64,000 bases of DNA, taken from IMG/VR virus record IMGVR_UViG_3300023176_006361, positions 1 through 64,000 of that record; one strand, 5' to 3'. The position numbers and the translations under genes are program-made. Below, in pieces: positions 1-8,159 of the stretch. The notes under the pieces were generated by a model. It was not told the origin of the DNA and did not search any database. It was given only the letters and a program-made list of their open reading frames with translations. Positions within the stretch are counted from its first letter, which is position 1; the number at the start of each line of letters is the position of its first letter. The stretch comes from a virus.

Positions 1-569
1 CGGTTCCAAAGTGGTTCCAAAAGAATGTTGCTGAAACGAGTAGCAAGTATGTTATTGACAGTATCTTTACCAAGATAATGGTCAATGCGATAGACTTGTT
101 TCTCGCGTAGATGTCTAGCAACCACAGTTGATAGATTATCAGCAGATTTATAATCGTGCCCAAAGGGTTTCTCAATAACAACACGCGAGAGTTCTGGGTT
201 GTTGAGGAGTCCTGCTTCTTTGAGATTGATGATAGCATTCTCATATCGTTCTGGGGGTACGGATAAGAAGTAAGTTGAATCATCTGCATCTGGTAGATTT
301 TTCAATGAGTTTGGATTATCCAAATCAGTGCTAATCCAATCCAGACGATGGAGAAAATCTTCAGGATACTCTCCCAAAGATTCTACCCATGTTTGTTTCG
401 CAATCTCACGACGAGATGTCCCTACAATCACAAGATTACTTGGAAGTAAATCTTTCTGATGTAGTTTATACAGAGCAGGGATTAGTTTTTTCTTTGCCAG
501 ATCTCCAGTAGCACCGAAGATTACTATCTGGTAAGTAAGTATTTCAGTGTGCGGTTCCGTTTCCATCAT
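1..569 (-). CDS. zwf: Glucose-6-phosphate dehydrogenase, 5' part (truncated by window edge)
   Basis: Manual translation gives MMETEPHTEILTYQIVIFGATGDLAKKKLIPALY...VIEKPFG...RIDHYLGKDTVNNILATRF, i.e. the G6PD NADP-binding and active-site motifs. In-frame ATGs at 566, 569 and 593, so the start is uncertain. Not in the ORF track. Confidence 0.95.
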   Translation of the reverse strand, partial: MMETEPHTEILTYQIVIFGATGDLAKKKLIPALYKLHQKDLLPSNLVIVGTSRREIAKQTWVESLGEYPEDFLHRLDWISTDLDNPNSLKNLPDADDSTYFLSVPPERYENAIINLKEAGLLNNPELSRVVIEKPFGHDYKSADNLSTVVARHLREKQVYRIDHYLGKDTVNNILATRFSNILLEPLWN

Positions 570-672
570 AGTCGTCCGAGTTATAGTAGTCATTTTCACC
601 TTTTCGTAGCCCGAAATATATCGTGGCCAATACAAATGGTATTGCCACCCACTTGAGTGCTTCACCTAACAT
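544..672 (-). CDS. ndhP: NdhP-like small subunit of the NDH-1L complex (42 aa)
   Basis: Manual translation MLGEALKWVAIPFVLATIYFGLRKGENDYYNSDDYDGNGTAH: one TM helix, then a FG..(G)..Y..D.Y.GNG.AH C-terminus characteristic of cyanobacterial NdhP. Overlaps the gnd stop and zwf start. Below the ORF-track size cutoff. Confidence 0.85.
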   Translation of the reverse strand: MLGEALKWVAIPFVLATIYFGLRKGENDYYNSDDYDGNGTAH

Positions 673-1681
673 CATGACCACCAAACATTGCTCGCATACC
701 ATTCAAGACTTTGTTCGCAAATCGTCCAAGTCTTCTGGACTCAAATCTTGAGTAGAGAGCAGTAGTAATAACAGGGGCTGGAACACCGAGATCCACAGCA
801 CTGTGAACAGTCCAACGACCCTCACCACTGTCTGATACTCCCCCATCGAACTTGCTAAGCTCTCGATCGCTGCGTAGTACAGTAGCGGTAAGATCAAGTA
901 ACCAACTACCAACAACGCTACCACGACGCCATAACTCAGCCACTTCAGCAACATCAATATCATACATATAATCTTGAGGACAATCCATTGGAGCGACCTC
1001 AGCATCTCCTTCCTTGACATACTGTGCTCCTGCATTTGCCTCATGTAAAATGTTGAATCCCTCAGCATATGCTTGCATGATTCCATACTCAACACCATTG
1101 TGAACCATCTTCACAAAGTGACCAGCACCTGCAGGTCCACAATGCAACCAACCATGCTCAGCAGAAGTCTCATAACTTAGAGGATCAGTGCGAGAGGCAG
1201 ACCCGATACCTGGGGCGAGTGCCCTGAAGATAGGAGCGCAGACGGATACTGCAGTATTTGCACCACCAACCATAAGACAGTATCCACGCTCCAAACCGTA
1301 AACACCACCACTAGTACCACAGTCAAGATATTGGATGCCCAGTTTAGACAACCTTTCTGCCCTGCGTCTAGAGTCTTTAAAATTGGAATTGCCATGATCA
1401 ATAATAATATCGCCTTCCACACAAAATTGTAGTAGCTCATTGAGTGTGTCCTCTACTGTTTCTGCTGGTACAACCATCATGTAAACGCCAGGACCTTTGC
1501 CACTGACTACTTGAACAAGGCTTTGAATAGAAGTGGTATATCCACTGATATAACCCGCTTCATATTGTGCCTCAGCTTTTTGAACATTGTTTCTATACCC
1601 ATGCACTTCATGTCCTGCTTTGATAAGACGACGAGACATGCCCTCGCCCATTCGTCCTAATCCAATAATTCCTACTTTCAT
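662..1681 (-). CDS. gnd: 6-phosphogluconate dehydrogenase (decarboxylating), short type
   Basis: GLGRMG dinucleotide motif, DHGNS, GTSGG, GAGHFVKMVHNGVEYG, DSGEGRW, MRAMFGGH. Confidence 0.97.
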   Translation of the reverse strand: MKVGIIGLGRMGEGMSRRLIKAGHEVHGYRNNVQKAEAQYEAGYISGYTTSIQSLVQVVSGKGPGVYMMVVPAETVEDTLNELLQFCVEGDIIIDHGNSNFKDSRRRAERLSKLGIQYLDCGTSGGVYGLERGYCLMVGGANTAVSVCAPIFRALAPGIGSASRTDPLSYETSAEHGWLHCGPAGAGHFVKMVHNGVEYGIMQAYAEGFNILHEANAGAQYVKEGDAEVAPMDCPQDYMYDIDVAEVAELWRRGSVVGSWLLDLTATVLRSDRELSKFDGGVSDSGEGRWTVHSAVDLGVPAPVITTALYSRFESRRLGRFANKVLNGMRAMFGGHDVR

Positions 1682-1857
1682 TTTTTAAATAAATCCTCTA
1701 CTTGTTTTCTGGCATCTGCCATCTTTTGTTTTTCGCGTTCAGAATGTTTGTATCCATTCTTCCCATGTATGATAAAATGTCCCTGACAAAACATAGTTAT
1801 GCCAAATCCAAATAAGAGTATAACTCCTATCCATTCTATAATGTGATCTTGAGCCAT
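1678..1857 (-). CDS. Small membrane protein (59 aa), hypothetical
   Basis: Manual translation MAQDHIIEWIGVILLFGFGITMFCQGHFIIHGKNGYKHSEREKQKMADARKQVEDLFKK. Fills the gap, ATGA overlap with the gnd start, one TM helix. Confidence 0.7.
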   Translation of the reverse strand: MAQDHIIEWIGVILLFGFGITMFCQGHFIIHGKNGYKHSEREKQKMADARKQVEDLFKK

Positions 1858-2054
1858 GGTAATAATGGTGGTATTACTCCAATCAATCTTAGTAGTCCTT
1901 CAGCAAATAAAGCAAGAACCACCCAACCGACGCACATACTAATGATAGAAGCATTACGGTTGTGTCGTCGTATTGCTGCATCAATCATCTCCTGAACTTT
2001 TTCTTCAGTTAGTCTTTCGGGGGGTTCAATATCCTTACCCCAATTCTTGAACAT
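1836..2054 (-). CDS. Small membrane protein (72 aa), hypothetical
   Basis: Coupled to the ptoX stop (TAATG overlap); hydrophobic C-terminal half. Confidence 0.75.
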   Translation of the reverse strand: MFKNWGKDIEPPERLTEEKVQEMIDAAIRRHNRNASIISMCVGWVVLALFAEGLLRLIGVIPPLLPWLKITL

Positions 2055-2554
2055 TAGATTTTCTCCATAGCGAGGTTTAGTTCGTAGGCATGATGCAGTT
2101 CATCATTCAAGATCTCAAGGATCTTGTCATCGTGACCATTCAAAGCAAGATACTTAGTATATGTAGTAGCAGCATGAATCTCTACTTCATACGACAGATG
2201 GTATGCAGACTTAGGAGCCACCCAATAATAAACCACATTGATCCAATAATAGACAAGGACGAGGTGTTTGGCAACAAAGCGATCGATAAAATAAGCATTA
2301 CCGCCCCTGCTCTCCATATATTCCAGATGTTCTGTTTCATTGACTGACTGCTCGAAGTGTTGTTTCATCAATTGAAGGTGCTCAGGACCACGCAATCCCA
2401 TACTTTCACGAAAATGTAATACACTCAAGAAAGCAAAATAGGGTGCCCGAGCAATTTCCTCAAGCACCCAAAAACGTTGATAGTCTCGACCTCTATAAAG
2501 ATAATCAATAATTGAAATAGTAAGATTCAGAATAAACTCGTTGAAAGCTTTCAT
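2054..2554 (-). CDS. ptoX: Plastoquinol terminal oxidase (AOX/PTOX di-iron family)
   Basis: RFWVLEEIARAPYFAFLSVLH, NETEHL, EVEIHA, NDELHH (ExxH di-iron ligands). Confidence 0.95.
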   Translation of the reverse strand: MKAFNEFILNLTISIIDYLYRGRDYQRFWVLEEIARAPYFAFLSVLHFRESMGLRGPEHLQLMKQHFEQSVNETEHLEYMESRGGNAYFIDRFVAKHLVLVYYWINVVYYWVAPKSAYHLSYEVEIHAATTYTKYLALNGHDDKILEILNDELHHAYELNLAMEKI

Positions 2555-2694
2555 GGATTGCGAGGATCAATGCCTAAACTAATTAGGTAATCTCTCCACC
2601 AATCTGGATCTTTGTGTTTCCATTTCGGAACAGAAGTACCCTTATCTGAATAATATTGAAACAAAACTTCATCTATAATCTGTGCGACTTCCAT
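2551..2694 (-). CDS. Hypothetical protein (~47 aa, MEVAQIIDEVLFQYY...GIDPRNP)
   Basis: 3' part of the 79-aa track ORF. The internal ATG at 2694 minimises overlap with the upstream gene; ATGA overlap with ptoX. Confidence 0.55.
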   Translation of the reverse strand: MEVAQIIDEVLFQYYSDKGTSVPKWKHKDPDWWRDYLISLGIDPRNP

Positions 2695-2878
2695 ATTCTT
2701 CTTCCTCTTCATCAACGTCCTCATATGCATTGACCACATATGGTCCATGGGGTTTTCTAGATTCGGATCTGACATATCGTTGCTCATCATTTACAGCAGA
2801 AATCCAAACAGATAATTTCATGATAATCCAAATCAGTGCTAAAGGGGTAAAACATGCGATCAGGATTACAGATTTCAT
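2669..2878 (-). CDS. Small membrane protein with acidic C-terminus (69 aa)
   Basis: N-terminal TM helix and DVDEEEEE tail; packed directly after the 88-aa gene. Confidence 0.7.
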   Translation of the reverse strand: MKSVILIACFTPLALIWIIMKLSVWISAVNDEQRYVRSESRKPHGPYVVNAYEDVDEEEEEYGSRTDYR

Positions 2879-2880
2879 AG

Positions 2881-3147
2881 TTATGCACTTATGGGATTGT
2901 TATCTTTATCGTGCCTCTGATACGTTCCAGGAGTCCTGGCAGTATTATCAGCATTTCTTGCTTGATATGTTCCAGGAGTTCTCACAGTGTTATCTGTATT
3001 ACGTGCTTGGTAGTCACCATTGTAATCTCTGTAAGTCACAGTGCTCCAACCCTCAGTACCAGAAAACTGATTGACAGTTGTAAATCCTGGTTGGGGATCA
3101 TCTGGATCGTTATTAATGTCTCGTCTGACGTAGTTAGTGTTTGCCAT
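2881..3147 (-). CDS. Hypothetical protein with 15-aa tandem repeats (88 aa)
   Basis: YQARNTDNTVRTPGT/YQARNADNTARTPGT/YQRHDKDN; TAA-A-ATG junction with the upstream gene. Confidence 0.75.
   Translation of the reverse strand: MANTNYVRRDINNDPDDPQPGFTTVNQFSGTEGWSTVTYRDYNGDYQARNTDNTVRTPGTYQARNADNTARTPGTYQRHDKDNNPISA
2898..3013. repeat. 45-bp imperfect tandem repeat (~2.5 copies) inside the 88-aa gene
   Basis: tgatacgttccaggagt at 2918 and tgatatgttccaggagt at 2963; third partial copy at 3008. Confidence 0.8.
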
Positions 3148-3148
3148 T

Positions 3149-3934
3149 TTAGTTATCTACGAGGATCATATCAAAAGTAGCACCGCCGCCCATGGTGTTC
3201 CCAGAGATTGCCTGAACTTCCAGGTCAGTCTTTTCAGTAAATTTCAGAGGAACTGGATAGTCATAATTCATAGGTGTAGCAAATGTTCCTAGTTGTGCTT
3301 TGGTGTTGAATGCTCCACCGAAAGGTCTTGCTACAAATCTAAAGATACAATCTTTCTGCTTATCAACAGAACATTGGAGCTTCATAAGGTAAGCAGTTTT
3401 GCCAGCAGGAACGGTATAAACTGACATTAGTGTTTGTCCTGCTCCTGCTAAAATAAATGCCCTAGCAGCACTATCAACTGTAACAGTAATCAATCCAACA
3501 TTAGTTGTCTCACCAGATGCTGGAGTTTTTACAAATGCTCTAAACACACGAATAAAATTGACAGCACCTGCTGCTCCACCAACAGTAATGTCTTCCGAAG
3601 CAAGAGCATAGTTTTCGTCCAATCCAGATACTGTGATTACAGCACCAGCATCATCCGTACTTCCTGAAGTTGCTGTTGCTCCACCAGCAGTTCCAATATA
3701 TGGATATGCTGTAGTTCCGTCCCAGATTGCTTGATATGTAGAAGCAAATGATGTTCTATATCCAAACTTATTGACGTGTGAATATCCATCTAACAGTCCA
3801 GCAGCAATAGGAATGTTAGCAGCAGCACCATAACTGTTGAGTGGATTGCCGTTTTCATCGGCAATCATCACTACCTCAAAAATTGAAGTACCATTGTTTA
3901 AAAATTCTTGTGATTGTTTATTCCATTGTGCCAT
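3149..3934 (-). CDS. Hypothetical protein, probable virion structural/decoration protein (261 aa)
   Basis: Ala/Gly/Thr-rich beta-type composition; MAQWNK..Q.F.N....FEV N-terminus of a kind I recall from cyanomyophage g16-g17 region proteins. Confidence 0.7.
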   Translation of the reverse strand: MAQWNKQSQEFLNNGTSIFEVVMIADENGNPLNSYGAAANIPIAAGLLDGYSHVNKFGYRTSFASTYQAIWDGTTAYPYIGTAGGATATSGSTDDAGAVITVSGLDENYALASEDITVGGAAGAVNFIRVFRAFVKTPASGETTNVGLITVTVDSAARAFILAGAGQTLMSVYTVPAGKTAYLMKLQCSVDKQKDCIFRFVARPFGGAFNTKAQLGTFATPMNYDYPVPLKFTEKTDLEVQAISGNTMGGGATFDMILVDN

Positions 3935-3944
3935 TTTTTATTCC

Positions 3945-5126
3945 TCAGCAGTTCCAAGCTCTAAGTGACTTATTGATTCTGCTATCGGGATCGTTAGCAG
4001 TTTTGGAAGAAGTAAGTTTCTTCTTCATACCAGACATTCTGGCGCAGAAAGATTTACGACGAGGATTGCCAACTTCCTTTGAAGGTGCTTTTAGATCAGA
4101 ACCAGGATTTTCTCTTTCGTAGGACTTACGTCCCTTCTCATTGAGACCACCCTCTTTATTCTTTCCTGATTTCTTTGTCCATGCTGCACCTTCTGTAAAG
4201 TCCTTGAAAGATTTCTTTTCCTCTGGTACACAATTTGGGACTTGTTTACCACCCTTATTTTTCATTCCAACTTGCTTGTATCCTTTCCAACAAGGACCTT
4301 TCTTTTCTGCTAGAACTTGCTCACTAAATGATTCGTTTGTTGGGTGAACAGATGCGATTGTGAACTTGTCCCACATTTCAGGACCATATCCACACTCCAT
4401 TCTACTTTCTTGTTTGCCGCATAACTGGCAAAATTTACGCTCCCCGCCACCATATGATTCGCTGGTAGAAGACTTCCATCCACCACCTGCTTTTTTGTAT
4501 TCCTTTGCTGCCCATCCATTCGCATACGCTGAAGGATAGACATCAAACTTTGCTTTTGCTCTGGACTTCATCTTAGACCAGAGTGCTGGATTGGTTGGTA
4601 CATTCTTTTCTTCGATGTACTCCTCCCCAATATTATTGGATACCATTTTGGGTTTTCCTCCCTTACCTTTACGATCTGCAACTGGATCTGCTTTACGCTT
4701 TCTCTTTACAGCATTACCGATCTCAGACTTTGACATCTTTGCTGCTTTCTCTTTGGATAAGCATTTTGGTTTTGGTTCGCCAGGTTCTCTAGCACACTTG
4801 CCAACACGCTCGCCTTTGGTGTTATAGCGATCCCAACCGCCGCCACCAGCACCACCTTTCTTACCTTTGCCAAACCAATCGCGAAGATCTTCTTTCATAA
4901 CAATCAGAGGTAAAGCGGGATTCTGCTCTGACCTAGAGAATGACAAAAGAATAGCACCAGGATATACTTTCTCCAAATCATCTTGGATATCTTGTCTTTT
5001 GACAACATTTCCTTGACGATAGAAAAACTGGGAATACTTTCTTCTACCTCTATAGGAAAACTCTACAATGTAGATGTATCCCATAGACTGTATTCTTTTC
5101 TCTATTAGTTTGTCTACTTTTTTCAT
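3945..5126 (-). CDS. Modular Lys-rich protein (393 aa), candidate internal head polyprotein
   Basis: String of short basic modules (DLRDWF..., VPTNPALW...YPSAYANGW, CQLCGK, PCWKGYKQVG...VPNCV, AAWTKKSGKN...SFCARM...WNC) separated by Glu-ending linkers; late promoter upstream. Confidence 0.85.
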   Translation of the reverse strand: MKKVDKLIEKRIQSMGYIYIVEFSYRGRRKYSQFFYRQGNVVKRQDIQDDLEKVYPGAILLSFSRSEQNPALPLIVMKEDLRDWFGKGKKGGAGGGGWDRYNTKGERVGKCAREPGEPKPKCLSKEKAAKMSKSEIGNAVKRKRKADPVADRKGKGGKPKMVSNNIGEEYIEEKNVPTNPALWSKMKSRAKAKFDVYPSAYANGWAAKEYKKAGGGWKSSTSESYGGGERKFCQLCGKQESRMECGYGPEMWDKFTIASVHPTNESFSEQVLAEKKGPCWKGYKQVGMKNKGGKQVPNCVPEEKKSFKDFTEGAAWTKKSGKNKEGGLNEKGRKSYERENPGSDLKAPSKEVGNPRRKSFCARMSGMKKKLTSSKTANDPDSRINKSLRAWNC

Positions 5127-5146
5127 CTAGAGACAGTCAGTTTCTA

Positions 5147-5545
5147 CTATTTATCCTTTTGTGATTGCTTTAGTATCTTCTGCAATTCTGCTGTACTACC
5201 CACAAAGACAGCATTATTTGTTACATGAGTTGGAGATTTATCCTCTCCAAGATCCTTCATCTTCTTCTGAAGATCAATCAACTTATCTGTGGCGTCAGCA
5301 ACGTTCTTGATAAGTTGACCAGCGACTTCATATGCTCTGGGAGAATCTGACTCCTGTGCCAATTCAAGAATACCATTGACTGCCTCTTGACCCTTTTCAA
5401 TGAGAGAATATAAATTACCTCTCGTATAATCATAGTCTTGATCTGGATCAGACTCAACTTTCTTTATCTCAGATTTTATTGGTGCTTCTACAATTTCTGT
5501 AGATTTCACATCAAATGCGTTGTCAATGGTATCAAAATCTTTCAT
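5147..5545 (-). CDS. g16: Terminase small subunit (gp16)
   Basis: DYDYTRGNLYSLIEKGQEA...SPRAYEVAGQLIK...NNAVFVGSTAELQK; follows g15. Confidence 0.92.
   Translation of the reverse strand: MKDFDTIDNAFDVKSTEIVEAPIKSEIKKVESDPDQDYDYTRGNLYSLIEKGQEAVNGILELAQESDSPRAYEVAGQLIKNVADATDKLIDLQKKMKDLGEDKSPTHVTNNAVFVGSTAELQKILKQSQKDK
5148..5155 (-). promoter_or_regulatory. T4-type late promoter (GATAAATA)
   Basis: NATAAATA overlapping the g16 stop, ~22 nt upstream of the 393-aa gene. Confidence 0.65.
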
Positions 5546-5550
5546 GGTTC

Positions 5551-6369
5551 TTAGAATGAATTGAATGTAATAGAGGTGCTGAATCCAAAGTCTTCATCAT
5601 CAAGTGAAGTCAATAATGAAGTATCGTCTGCATCTACATCAGTATCACTATCTTGGTCAGTTGTTGCCTTAGGTGTGACAGTATAAGTAACTTCTCTCCT
5701 TGCAGTAGTTGTATTTGTATCTGAATACATATTTGTAATAGCAGACTTGATAACTCCAGAATCTGCAACTGGACCAAACAGATAAGTTTTAGCAGTGAAT
5801 TGAAGAGTCCAGATAATTACTTGTCTCTTGTCAAAGTTACCTTCATACTCATCTCTATAGTCAATACTGTTCAATACGATAGGAATATCTCTTTTCTCAT
5901 CAGTTTCCTTGATCATCTTTACAGTGATACTAAAAGATGGTTGAAAGAACGGGAGAATTTGTTCTACGATTTGAAGACCATCATCCTGGTTCTTTACATA
6001 TATTGCCAATTCAAAATTGACATTATATGGAACAGGCATAAATTGTTTAGTAATCTTATTAGCATCACCGTCTTTGGGAGTAATGATAGTCTTGAGAGGT
6101 GCTAACTTTCTTGTAGGATCATATTGCATACCAAGAATTTCAAATGACATTCTAGGCAGCACAATCTGAACATCCTTGCCTTGAAGATCAGGTTGCTGTT
6201 GAATCCTTGCTAAAAACTTTTGAGTTGGTCCATATGATAATGGAACTTTGGAAACTTCTACAACATTTCCTGAAGCATCAAATCTATTGATTTCAAGATT
6301 GTTGAAAAGCGTACCAAAACCAACTACAGTTTTCCTAAGTACTTCGTTGTAAAAATAGTCTCCAAACAT
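5551..6369 (-). CDS. g15: Tail sheath stabilizer/completion protein (gp15)
   Basis: YFYNEVLRKTVVGFGTLFNN, VPLSYGP.QKF, LPRMSFE, QIVEQILPFFQP; synteny. Confidence 0.93.
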   Translation of the reverse strand: MFGDYFYNEVLRKTVVGFGTLFNNLEINRFDASGNVVEVSKVPLSYGPTQKFLARIQQQPDLQGKDVQIVLPRMSFEILGMQYDPTRKLAPLKTIITPKDGDANKITKQFMPVPYNVNFELAIYVKNQDDGLQIVEQILPFFQPSFSITVKMIKETDEKRDIPIVLNSIDYRDEYEGNFDKRQVIIWTLQFTAKTYLFGPVADSGVIKSAITNMYSDTNTTTARREVTYTVTPKATTDQDSDTDVDADDTSLLTSLDDEDFGFSTSITFNSF

Positions 6370-7277
6370 TAGAATTCACCAAATGGATTTTTCTCAGTAA
6401 AGTCAAGTATGCTATCAGCATAAGATTCAATACTCCTATTATATGTATTATCTTCCGTACTATCAGTTATATACTGAGTCTCAATTTGCTGAGAACCTGA
6501 GATAGTAGATTGCTTCATTGTCCAAGTAGCATTAGAAGTTTGTCCAGTAATGACTTCTCCTTCCAAGAAATTCTTACTCTTATCAAATACTACAAGAATA
6601 TAGTTTGTACCATCCCAAGATACTGTTGTTGCTGTAGCACCACTTGTAGCGCCTACAACCTGCTCTTCAGCCTGGAATGTACCACTATGGGCAGCAGTGT
6701 CATCAAAGACAATACTTGTCTTGACAGATCTTTCAAGTTCAATATCGTCGATCTCATCAACTCCAGTATTGAGATCTTCACCAGAGTATTCAAAGAGTTC
6801 ACATCTAAGATCATATGTATAGAACTGACCAAGTTGATAGAAGTCTGCTTGGTGCTCTACATATTTGATTTCAAATAATCCTTTAGTAAGTGGGAAGAAA
6901 ATAAGATCTCCTTCTGCAGGACGATCATCTGCTAACTTACCCGCAAAGTTTCCATCAAACTCTTGTTGCCACCTACGCTTTGATACTGCAAATGTAAGAG
7001 CATCGTTATTCTTCAGTCCGAAGCGAGTCAGGGTATCGTCCTGAACACCATCGAACTTATCATAACTCTTTAGATACATTTCGATTTCTACAGACGCATC
7101 GAAGGATGAGATAGTGTCTTCATGAAAAAGACTATCTATCTTGTTCAATGTTCTTGGCAGATAATAAACAGTGCTACCATGGATCTTGATCTGTTCGTCG
7201 ATCAAGTCCTGAGCGAGAGTTTGTTCTGCTGTTGTCCCACCATAGGCAGGAAAATATGAACTCTTTTGACTTGCCAT
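6369..7277 (-). CDS. g14: Neck protein (gp14)
   Basis: EQIKIHG..VYYLPR, RPAEGDLIFFP, LFEIKYVEH..FYQLG, DFTEKNPFG; synteny. Confidence 0.92.
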   Translation of the reverse strand: MASQKSSYFPAYGGTTAEQTLAQDLIDEQIKIHGSTVYYLPRTLNKIDSLFHEDTISSFDASVEIEMYLKSYDKFDGVQDDTLTRFGLKNNDALTFAVSKRRWQQEFDGNFAGKLADDRPAEGDLIFFPLTKGLFEIKYVEHQADFYQLGQFYTYDLRCELFEYSGEDLNTGVDEIDDIELERSVKTSIVFDDTAAHSGTFQAEEQVVGATSGATATTVSWDGTNYILVVFDKSKNFLEGEVITGQTSNATWTMKQSTISGSQQIETQYITDSTEDNTYNRSIESYADSILDFTEKNPFGEF

Positions 7278-7278
7278 A

Positions 7279-8091
7279 TCAACCGATCATGTCTAGTGGT
7301 GGAAGTTCATATGTTGAAAGCATCTTATCTTCCAGATCTTTCAACTCGCCAATAGCATCATCATAGATTTGTCTGCCATCAAGTTCTACTCCTCCTGGGA
7401 ACTTGACACCTTTGAACTTGATTAGATTCTGACCCCACTGTCTTTTGATCAGTGAAGTGAGATATTTTTTCAGGAAAGAATCATTGTATACCTGAGTCAT
7501 GGTAGTAGGATCGAGTGCTCTATGGCAATCGATTACAATGAACTGTCCTTCTTTTACATCATTAGGGTCTACATCAATATACAATCTATCAACTCTTTTG
7601 TTGAATCTAAACTGCACCATTGCACCACTATTCAAGACAAAATCGAGATCCTCAAGATATGATTTTGTCATGTAGTAGTTGAGAATATCTACAGCACCAA
7701 ATTGATAAAGATCATTGAGAAAGATTTGATACTCAATGCCAAACATGTTTCCACGAATGGCAGAAGATGACATACCAAAAATTTTATTGATGCCGATAAC
7801 ATGATCTGGCACTTCAATATAATTATTTCTCTCTTCCCAAGCATCTCCACTTGGTGAAGTATTTGTTACGTTACCTGATTTGAAACGAGTTACATCTGCA
7901 GCAGTGAACTCATGCTTCAGGAACATTCTTTCGACACCTTCAAAGTGTCTTTCATTATAATATTGTACTGCCTCTTCAACAAGATCTTCAACTTGTGAGT
8001 CGTCAACATTGATATCAATAACTGGCTTACCCAGTCGTCTCAAACAATATTCTTTCAACTCAGCTTTGGTAGCAGGTTTAGTTGCTGACAT
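7279..8091 (-). CDS. g13: Neck protein (gp13)
   Basis: LKEYCLRRLGKPVIDINVDD.Q, KRQWGQNLIKF.GV..PGGV.LDG, C-terminal PPLDMIG. Confidence 0.94.
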   Translation of the reverse strand: MSATKPATKAELKEYCLRRLGKPVIDINVDDSQVEDLVEEAVQYYNERHFEGVERMFLKHEFTAADVTRFKSGNVTNTSPSGDAWEERNNYIEVPDHVIGINKIFGMSSSAIRGNMFGIEYQIFLNDLYQFGAVDILNYYMTKSYLEDLDFVLNSGAMVQFRFNKRVDRLYIDVDPNDVKEGQFIVIDCHRALDPTTMTQVYNDSFLKKYLTSLIKRQWGQNLIKFKGVKFPGGVELDGRQIYDDAIGELKDLEDKMLSTYELPPLDMIG

Positions 8092-8118
8092 TTACGTACC
8101 CACGGGAACCCTTTTATG

Positions 8119-8126
8119 TATTTATG
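8119..8126 (-). promoter_or_regulatory. T4-type late promoter (CATAAATA) for g13-g16
   Basis: NATAAATA 28 nt upstream of the g13 ATG, immediately after a terminator. Confidence 0.75.
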
Positions 8127-8151
8127 AAAAAACCCTCCCGAAGGAGGGTTT
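8127..8151 (-). terminator. Rho-independent terminator with C(UUCG)G tetraloop
   Basis: Minus strand AAACCCTCC-TTCG-GGAGGGTTT then a U-tract, just after the stop of the 2090-aa gene; classic T4 CUUCGG hairpin. Confidence 0.9.
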
Positions 8152-8159
8152 GATCTGTA

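Noticed and set aside
703-1440. 131-aa and 87-aa alternative-frame ORFs inside gnd
   Set aside because: Fully nested in a well-supported gene and have no recognisable motifs.
2695-2790. N-terminal extension of the 79-aa track ORF
   Set aside because: Lies entirely inside the 69-aa gene in another frame; the ATG at 2694 is more parsimonious.
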